Part shown: positions 41,187 through 46,807 of the stretch, piece by piece | How the letters are laid out: the number at the start of each line of letters is the position of its first letter | Position numbering within the stretch: the first letter of the stretch is position 1 | Virus record (IMG/VR): IMGVR_UViG_3300013022_000001 | Span: 1-46,807 of that record | Strand: one strand, 5' to 3' | DNA: 46,807 nt | Source: a virus | The notes under the pieces: generated by a model | What the model saw: the letters and a program-made list of their open reading frames with translations, nothing else | What the model was told of the DNA's origin: nothing | Databases searched by the model: none | Translations under genes and position numbers: made by a program

Positions 41187-41255
41187 TCTTCCCTCTCAAA
41201 ATTAACTTGCGCTTATGGTGACGTAGATATAGTATCAAGTCAAGCGATGGAGTAG

Positions 41256-41264
41256 ATTGTATCA
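41256..41264 (-). promoter_or_regulatory. Extended -10 promoter TGaTACAAT on the minus strand, for island 6
   Basis: The reverse complement of 41255-41264 is tgatacaatc, followed by ATCTACTCCA. Confidence 0.5.
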
Positions 41265-41280
41265 CAAAGAGGAGTAGAAT

Positions 41281-41523
41281 GTGGAGAAGGGCATTAGCAA
41301 GATAAAGAACGATGCGCCAGTTCATGCGTCATTCATGCTGCGCAAGGCTGGGGTAGATGAATCTGTCATCCGCTCCGTTGAGGAAGGCATCATCAAATGG
41401 GTGGAGATTGCATACAATGAAGGCCAGCACAGCATGCTCAAATCATTCGACGAGAAAATTAACCAGTGTTACGAAGGTTTTGACAAGATTCTTCGTGGTG
41501 AAGGAAGTTCAGTTTTGCGATGA
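41281..41523 (+). CDS. Hypothetical protein, 80 aa (GTG start)
   Basis: RBS agaggag 6 nt before GTG 41281. Confidence 0.55.
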   Translation: MEKGISKIKNDAPVHASFMLRKAGVDESVIRSVEEGIIKWVEIAYNEGQHSMLKSFDEKINQCYEGFDKILRGEGSSVLR

Positions 41524-41580
41524 GGAAAACTACCTCATCAGCGAAAAGATTGCCATCAAATATTACGGGAGAATGAGTGT

Positions 41581-41793
41581 ATGCCAGTACAGACAGAACG
41601 AAGCAATGATGAAATCGAAGAGCAGGCGCTGATTGAGAGGCTAGACCTGCTTGACCGTGAGCGCAATATTGTACAGCAGAGACTGCGCGAGGTGCGCAAC
41701 CGCATTGGTCGCAACAAGCAAAGCATGGTTGGCTGGCCTGGAATCTATCCGCGCCTTGATAATGTTTATTATAAATACGGTGAGCAGAAATGA
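41581..41793 (+). CDS. Hypothetical coiled-coil protein, 70 aa
   Basis: RBS gggagaatgag; ORF track. Confidence 0.6.
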   Translation: MPVQTERSNDEIEEQALIERLDLLDRERNIVQQRLREVRNRIGRNKQSMVGWPGIYPRLDNVYYKYGEQK

Positions 41794-42137
41794 ATTACAC
41801 ACAAATGACTGAAAAGCAAATTAATGAATCGGTAGCGAAAGCACTAGGAGCAACAATTTGCAAATCATCTTTTGGCACTCCTTACCTTAAGCCCGACTTC
41901 AATGTTTCCAAGCTAAGCCCGGGTGGGCCAGTAGATAAATTCGACCCCTGCAACTCATGGGCTGATTCCGGGCCGATTATCGCAACTAATAAGATAACAA
42001 TTAGTGCGCCGATGAAATATGACGACCCAAGCGACTGGCTTGCGTACCCATCAAGCGATAGCGATATCTTCGTATCGCATCCTAATCCTTTGCGAGCTTC
42101 CATGATTGTCTTCCTGATGATGAAGGAGAAAAAATAA
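41790..42137 (+). CDS. NinX / DUF2591-like protein
   Basis: FDPCNSWADSGPII ... PLRASMIVFL pattern. Confidence 0.55.
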   Translation: MNYTQMTEKQINESVAKALGATICKSSFGTPYLKPDFNVSKLSPGGPVDKFDPCNSWADSGPIIATNKITISAPMKYDDPSDWLAYPSSDSDIFVSHPNPLRASMIVFLMMKEKK

Positions 42138-42373
42138 TGGCACAGTTAACACTCGAAAAAGCAAAAGAGCTATTGAAGAAGCTCCAGTATGCCAAAGCGC
42201 AAATGGGCCAGTTATCACTTAATGATGAGATGTATAAGCAGGCGCTGGAAATTGCCATTCCGCATCTTGAGATGAAGGCCAGGATTACTGAGGCTGCTAA
42301 TTTTGCTGCATCAAGACAGCAGCCGGTTAAACCAAAGAGAGGGGGAGGGTTTTATGATGGAAAAGAAGAATGA
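42137..42373 (+). CDS. Hypothetical protein, 78 aa
   Basis: ORF track; TAATG coupling. Confidence 0.6.
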   Translation: MAQLTLEKAKELLKKLQYAKAQMGQLSLNDEMYKQALEIAIPHLEMKARITEAANFAASRQQPVKPKRGGGFYDGKEE

Positions 42374-42605
42374 TTTTCAAAAAGATGGTGATATCAAAAA
42401 TCTAATTGAGCGAATCAACGTGGCCATCAGGCAGTTCACTTCAGGTCGTGCAGCAATGCATGTCCCTCCGCTTGATACTGATGTTGATATTGTACTGGCA
42501 GATTGCGAAATAGCTCTTCGGGGTATGCTCTTTTCTTCAATTGAAGGAAAAAAAACACCGCATCCACCAGAACCACCTGCGCCACCTAAGCCAAGATTTT
42601 ATTGA
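42354..42605 (+). CDS. Hypothetical protein with a Pro-rich tail, 83 aa
   Basis: Inner ATG with RBS gggggaggg. Confidence 0.55.
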   Translation: MMEKKNDFQKDGDIKNLIERINVAIRQFTSGRAAMHVPPLDTDVDIVLADCEIALRGMLFSSIEGKKTPHPPEPPAPPKPRFY

Positions 42606-42634
42606 TGAAATTAAGATATTGGAGCTTATTTAAC

Positions 42635-43009
42635 ATGAGTAATTGGATTAAATGCAGTGAAAAATACCCAAGCCCGCAACAATGGGTTCTGGTGTATGCA
42701 AAATGGGCAAATCAGCAAGTCATTTGCTGGGACAATATCTCAGAAAAATGGACTGATTTTGACGAACATACTTATCACAAGGAGATGTTCAGCCACTGGC
42801 AACCACTACCATCACCACCGGAGGACTCATGCGCCAACCTAACCGCCAGTGAAGTAAGCAACGATGAGATGGAGCGGCAGCGAGTGTGGAGAGAGTTTCA
42901 GTCCTGGTGGCTTTCACCTGAACAGCATGAAGTGAGAAAGTCATGCTCAACAGGCTGGGCTTTATACATCTGGCAGGCAGCACTGAAATGCAAGCAGGGG
43001 GAAGTGTGA
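42635..43009 (+). CDS. DUF551-like protein (paralogue 3) with a C-terminal extension
   Basis: MSNWIKCSEKYP ... FSHWQPLPSPP. Confidence 0.6.
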   Translation: MSNWIKCSEKYPSPQQWVLVYAKWANQQVICWDNISEKWTDFDEHTYHKEMFSHWQPLPSPPEDSCANLTASEVSNDEMERQRVWREFQSWWLSPEQHEVRKSCSTGWALYIWQAALKCKQGEV

Positions 43010-43269
43010 AAGAGAACCTTTATCACGAAATCATCCTTAGCATTATGCGCCGAGAGCGACAGGCATACTGGCAAAGAAGTCTTGGAATATACCAGCACCG
43101 AATGCCAACCTTCAGAATTCGAAAATTTTTCAATGATGAGAGCGTCATTGAGCTTAATGGCAACGAAATGCGTAGGGCAATGATTGAGCTTTGCAAGCAG
43201 GGTTATGTCATCAAGCACGAAGACAGCAGAATCGGACAGGCTTACTGGCAGTTAACTGAAAAGGAGTAG
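42988..43269 (+). CDS. Hypothetical protein, about 88-93 aa
   Basis: ORF 42943..43269. The start is uncertain: ATG 42988 or GTG 43006. Confidence 0.5.
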   Translation: MQAGGSVKENLYHEIILSIMRRERQAYWQRSLGIYQHRMPTFRIRKFFNDESVIELNGNEMRRAMIELCKQGYVIKHEDSRIGQAYWQLTEKE

Positions 43270-43311
43270 CCATGAACAACGTCATCCCACTCCGACCTGA
43301 AGGTGAAATTT

Positions 43312-43464
43312 ATGATTAATCTCTTCATCGCAACCGCAGCATACAGTGCAGTGCGCGCCGCAATAGCAACAGATCTTCATCATCTGCTGGTTTACGTGGC
43401 GATAGCTGTCATGTGCATGCTAATAATAGTGTTCGGTCATGAAGTTCGCGGCCTGGACGATTAA
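43312..43464 (+). CDS. Membrane micro-protein, 50 aa
   Basis: MINLFIATAAYSAV...IAVMCMLIIVFG with RBS aaggtga. Not in the ORF track. Confidence 0.4.
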   Translation: MINLFIATAAYSAVRAAIATDLHHLLVYVAIAVMCMLIIVFGHEVRGLDD

Positions 43465-43529
43465 GATAAATCCCCTTTCCATAACTCAAGTAATAGTCCA
43501 GGCTTTCATTAGAAACGGAGGAATCCATT

Positions 43530-43655
43530 ATGAAAGCCTTGTCTATCGCAATGTGCTCATTCTTCATATCATGCTTCCTGGTTAATCCGGTTGGCATATT
43601 TCTGCTCGCCGCTGCATCATGGGTGCTGATGCCATTTATCATTAATAAAACGTGA
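43530..43655 (+). CDS. Membrane micro-protein, 41 aa
   Basis: Strong RBS acggagga 7 nt upstream. [41 protein letters not shown]. Confidence 0.5.
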   Translation: MKALSIAMCSFFISCFLVNPVGIFLLAAASWVLMPFIINKT

Positions 43656-43661
43656 TACAAT
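43653..43661 (+). promoter_or_regulatory. Extended -10 promoter TGaTACAAT for the head operon
   Basis: cgTGaTACAATcgtg lies 33 nt before ATG 43694. Confidence 0.5.
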
Positions 43662-43693
43662 CGTGCGCATTAAATGCACATGAGGCTATTACC

Positions 43694-45097
43694 ATGATTG
43701 TGAAGATTGGCGAGAAATGGGTGGTTAAATCCGCCGATGGTTCGCAGCAGCTAGGCTCTTACGACACAGAGCAGGAAGCAAAAGACCGCCTCTCGCAGGT
43801 GGAAAAATTCAAGCATACCAGCAATAAACTTCAGGTCAATGTCCTGACCACTATCAACTCTGCCAGCAACATCAGCCGCCAGATTATCGATGGCGACTCG
43901 CACATTGTCGTGCGCGGCGTTGTGCCGGTAGTTGACGACATTGTGATGAACGGCATTCTTTATCCCGGCGATGAGATTCGAAAATCCTATCAAGGGCTGA
44001 ATGGTAAGCCCGCGCCCTATGACCATCCGCAGGTCGATGGCAAATATGTCTCCGCCAATGAGGTGCGAGCAGTCAATCAGTATCACGTTGGTGCCTGGAT
44101 TGAAAACGCATCGCACGACGGCAGCAAGGTAATCACCGATCTGAAAATCAATGAGCGCATCGCTGGTGCTACCGATAAAGGAAAGGAAATCATTTCGCGC
44201 ATTGACGGGCTGATGACCAATGCCGAATCAGAACCTGTCGAGGTATCAACTGGCCTCCTGCTCAACAAGCTTGAGCGTAAAGGCACATCAAAGGGGAAAG
44301 ATTACAGCTATGTTGCCAGTAATATGGAGTGGGACCATCTGGCCATTCTCCCACCTGGCACTCCCGGCGCTGGCCGCCCTGCGGATGGTGTTGGCCTCTT
44401 CGCTGCCAACGGCCAGGAAATCGAACGCATCACCGTTAATTTAAATGAGTCGCAAGACCCTGATCGGAGCGCCAACAAAATGACATGGCTGAAGAAGGCT
44501 ACAAACTTTCTTACCAATAAGCTGAGTTTTGACGACATCACCACGCAGATTCGCGGCATACTCAAATCTGAAACTCCCGGCCAGGATTCCTGGCCCTATA
44601 TCGTTGCCGTATATGATGATCGCTTCGGTTTTGAGCGTGACGGACAAACCTATATGCAACCCTACATCGTCATGGAAGATATGGTACAATTCGTCGGTGA
44701 ACGGGTTAAGGCCGTTTATAAGACCGAGCTTGAGCCGGTTGAGACTAACAGCGAGGAAACAGGAATGAATGCAGAAGAAATGAAGGCGCTTTTAGCTGAC
44801 GCGCTCAAGCCGGTGCAGGAGCAGCTTACCGCTACCAACACTGAGCTGGCGGCAGTTAAAGCACAGAATGCTGAATTGCAGTCGCAGCTGACCGCAAACA
44901 GCAAAAAAGAAGAGCAGACAATGCGTGACGCCATCAAAAGCGAACTCAAATGGCCCGACTCAGTGGTTAACTCGCTCCAGGGCGATGCACTGCGCGACGC
45001 CTTTGCGCAGACCACTAAAGCGGCCCCACTGAAAGCTGGCGACCCGCAAACTAACAGCGCCAAGGGTTCACTGGCAGATATGGAGGCACCTGAATAA
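43694..45097 (+). CDS. Prohead protease/scaffold-like protein, 467 aa
   Basis: Inner ATG (M15) of ORF 43652..45097. C-terminal coiled coil ([16 protein letters not shown]). Located two genes upstream of the major capsid gene. The function is inferred. Confidence 0.5.
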   Translation: MIVKIGEKWVVKSADGSQQLGSYDTEQEAKDRLSQVEKFKHTSNKLQVNVLTTINSASNISRQIIDGDSHIVVRGVVPVVDDIVMNGILYPGDEIRKSYQGLNGKPAPYDHPQVDGKYVSANEVRAVNQYHVGAWIENASHDGSKVITDLKINERIAGATDKGKEIISRIDGLMTNAESEPVEVSTGLLLNKLERKGTSKGKDYSYVASNMEWDHLAILPPGTPGAGRPADGVGLFAANGQEIERITVNLNESQDPDRSANKMTWLKKATNFLTNKLSFDDITTQIRGILKSETPGQDSWPYIVAVYDDRFGFERDGQTYMQPYIVMEDMVQFVGERVKAVYKTELEPVETNSEETGMNAEEMKALLADALKPVQEQLTATNTELAAVKAQNAELQSQLTANSKKEEQTMRDAIKSELKWPDSVVNSLQGDALRDAFAQTTKAAPLKAGDPQTNSAKGSLADMEAPE

Positions 45098-45558
45098 TGG
45101 CTATTCGTTACGGCTCCATCAAAGGCGGTCCAGCCCGCAAGAATGACCCACAGGTGCAGGAAGCCATCATGGCTGTTGCTGTTCAACCTGGCACACTGGT
45201 TCACTTAAACGGTTCAGGTCAGTTTGTCGCAGCGACTACCGCTGGCGCATATGACTGGCCACTGCTGTTGCAGGAAAACTACATCGGCGGCATGGAAGTG
45301 TCAGAAGCAGTTCCTGCTGGCGCAACCGGTGTTGCTCTGATGTGCGAATTCGGCGTGACTTACCATGCCCTGGTAGCGGCATCATCTGCACTGGTGAAAA
45401 ACACCCCGCTGTCAAAGAATGCTGCTGGCATTCTGAAAGTAGCAGCAGCAGGTGAGCAGGTTCTGTTCTTTGCTCACGAAGCCTATACCGTTTCATCCAC
45501 TGGTCCAGAGCTGGTAGCTGTACGCCGCGCTGGTAACGCAGAATTAGCGAGCGCATAA
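45097..45558 (+). CDS. Head decoration/cement-like protein, 153 aa
   Basis: Ala/Gly/Val-rich beta protein directly before the major capsid gene. DUF2190-like, from memory. Confidence 0.45.
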   Translation: MAIRYGSIKGGPARKNDPQVQEAIMAVAVQPGTLVHLNGSGQFVAATTAGAYDWPLLLQENYIGGMEVSEAVPAGATGVALMCEFGVTYHALVAASSALVKNTPLSKNAAGILKVAAAGEQVLFFAHEAYTVSSTGPELVAVRRAGNAELASA

Positions 45559-45560
45559 AT

Positions 45561-46634
45561 ATGACAATCATGAAAGCAGTGTTTAGCAAGCCGCTGATTG
45601 CCAACTCTAAAGTAGTTGCAGGTCAGTGGAAGGCGCTTGGTATTGACCGCCAGGTATTCGCAAACAAAGAGCAGGCGCTGAGCGCCGAGTATCAGACCAA
45701 CGCAACCGCGCTGATTACTCGCGACTTCTGGCGTGAAGTTGATAACGTCACTACCCGTGTATTCCGCAACGAAGCGGGCATGGACATGATGAATGACCTG
45801 ATGGGTCTGGCTGCAAACATCGACATCGGTAAGACTGTGGCTATCAGCCGCATTGCTTCTGATGCCGGTCGCGTAGTTCGCACCATCTCCGGTCAGGTGC
45901 CAGAGGATTTGGATAAAACTCGCTACGATTACAGCGGCGATGTGATTCCAATCTTCAAGTCAGGCTATGGCCGTAACTGGCGTGAAGTTGAAGGCATGCG
46001 CTCAGAAGGTTTCGACCCGTTCCTGGATGACCAGGCAAACATTTCGTTTGCGCTGCGGCAGGACATGGCTCAGTACCTGCTGACTGGCGATACTTCACTG
46101 AACGTGAATGGCGTGTATACCGGTTACGGTATCACCAACCATCCAAACACAGTGCAGATTGACCTGTCTGGCATTGACCTGCAAGTTGCGACACCTGATG
46201 AGATTGTAGCGTTCTTCAACTCGACGATTGCAGCATTATTTGATGCGCAGAACGTGTTTGAACCTGTTGATGTTTGGGTTTCTCCTTCAATTCGTCGCTC
46301 ACTGAGCCGCCCATATTCTGACTCTCAGGGCTTCAAGGCGGGCACTATTGAAGATTACGTGCTGAGCTTTGGTCGCACTGGCAACGTTGGCCGCATCGGT
46401 AAGATTGGCACCAACTACCTGCTGACCGGTAACCAGTTCGTTGCTTATGTTCGCAATGACCTGTACATTCGTCCGCGTGTTGGTCAGCCAGTGTCTACCT
46501 ATGCTGAGCCGCGCACTACTCCTCATGCCGATTTCAACTTCCTGGTATGGGGCGCTATGGGCTTGCAAATCCGTAAGGATTACAATGGCCGTAGTAAAGT
46601 CTTCCACGGTTATGGAAACCAGGCACCACTGTGA
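45561..46634 (+). CDS. Major capsid protein, 357 aa
   Basis: Size, position after the scaffold and decoration genes, and the attenuator hairpin that follows it. Confidence 0.75.
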   Translation: MTIMKAVFSKPLIANSKVVAGQWKALGIDRQVFANKEQALSAEYQTNATALITRDFWREVDNVTTRVFRNEAGMDMMNDLMGLAANIDIGKTVAISRIASDAGRVVRTISGQVPEDLDKTRYDYSGDVIPIFKSGYGRNWREVEGMRSEGFDPFLDDQANISFALRQDMAQYLLTGDTSLNVNGVYTGYGITNHPNTVQIDLSGIDLQVATPDEIVAFFNSTIAALFDAQNVFEPVDVWVSPSIRRSLSRPYSDSQGFKAGTIEDYVLSFGRTGNVGRIGKIGTNYLLTGNQFVAYVRNDLYIRPRVGQPVSTYAEPRTTPHADFNFLVWGAMGLQIRKDYNGRSKVFHGYGNQAPL

Positions 46635-46639
46635 TGATT

Positions 46640-46659
46640 GGGGCTACGGCCCCTTTCTT
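46640..46659 (+). terminator. Weak terminator/attenuator after the capsid gene
   Basis: ggggc tacg gcccc followed by tttctt. Confidence 0.4.
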
Positions 46660-46666
46660 AACTGGA

Positions 46667-46679
46667 GATTTAATTAAAT
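46667..46679. repeat. GATTTAATTAAAT element, copy 7 (exact)
   Basis: Forms the spacer between GGAG and ATG 46678. Confidence 0.9.
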
Positions 46680-46807
46680 GTCTAAGAAAAAATACCGCGT
46701 GACGCACTCCGGGCTTAACATCCTGGAAAAAGGAGTGATGCGCCAGCTTGAGGTTGGCGAAGAATTCACTCATGACGATCTGCCTGATTTCTGGCAATCA
46801 AAAGTCG
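46678..46807 (+). CDS. 5' part of the 69-aa junction-spanning gene (continues at base 124 of the window)
   Basis: ATG 46678 after ggag. The sequence from 46685 onward duplicates bases 1-123. Confidence 0.6.
   Translation, partial: MSKKKYRVTHSGLNILEKGVMRQLEVGEEFTHDDLPDFWQSKV
46685..46807. repeat. Terminal overlap copy B, identical to 1-123
   Basis: Same comparison as copy A. Confidence 0.95.

Noticed and set aside
43409-43660. 83-aa minus-strand ORF
   Set aside because: It overlaps two plus-strand micro-ORFs, one with a strong RBS. It would run against the operon direction and through the head promoter. It is kept only as an alternative.
1-46807. Looked for CRISPR arrays, rRNA, integrase/excisionase, CI/Cro-type repressor pairs and transposases
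   Set aside because: None was found. There are no spaced direct-repeat arrays, and no tyrosine or serine recombinase-like ORF. The only HTH-only genes are the XRE gene in the HNH cassette and the Zn-ribbon/HTH gene. The phage is probably virulent.

Overview
The window is a complete, end-overlapping genome of a tailed dsDNA phage. Bases 1-123 are identical to 46685-46807, so the unique length is 46,684 bp. The host is probably Gram-negative and enterobacterial-type, judged from the spanin pair, an SSB ending in DDSIPF, DUF551 and NinX-like genes, and sigma70-like promoters. The tail genes are siphovirus-type. The gene complement resembles T1/Drexlerviridae phages: Erf, RecE-like exonuclease, SSB, SF2 helicase and primase, with no DNA polymerase and no integrase or repressor. 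That family placement is inference only.

Gene modules:
- Fibre-like repeat protein and head-tail joining genes (278-6480).
- Major tail to tailspike (6910-18195).
- ParB-like gene (18654-19448).
- Recombination and replication block on the minus strand (19697-24081), then primase (24157-25110).
- A second replication block (25141-27460) abutting an iteron/AT-rich origin-like region (27520-27830).
- An early operon of small genes (27941-30990).
- terS and terL (31060-33098).
- Portal and MuF-like genes (35355-37719).
- Lysis cassette (38765-39914).
- Scaffold/protease-like, decoration-like and major capsid genes (43694-46634).

Six antisense gene islands interrupt the plus-strand late genes.

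Most interesting signals:
1. A dispersed 13-bp element GATTTAATTAAAT with a perfect palindromic core. There are 7 copies, 4 of them inside unrelated ORFs.
2. A 10-bp box TG[AT]CGTAGAT found 9 times, only in operon-start regions, together with non-consensus TAGATT/TAATCT -10 hexamers.
3. A separate class of extended -10 promoters (TGaTAyAATC) in front of the structural and lysis operons.
4. A 420-bp non-coding gap (6481-6903) with a near-consensus minus-strand promoter and a minus-strand-only terminator, which is a candidate for a roughly 320-nt ncRNA.
5. An origin-like region with inverted GGGGT iterons.
6. A frameshifted DUF551 gene with an A-AAG slippery site.

All calls come from reading the sequence and recalling protein motifs. 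No database search was run.
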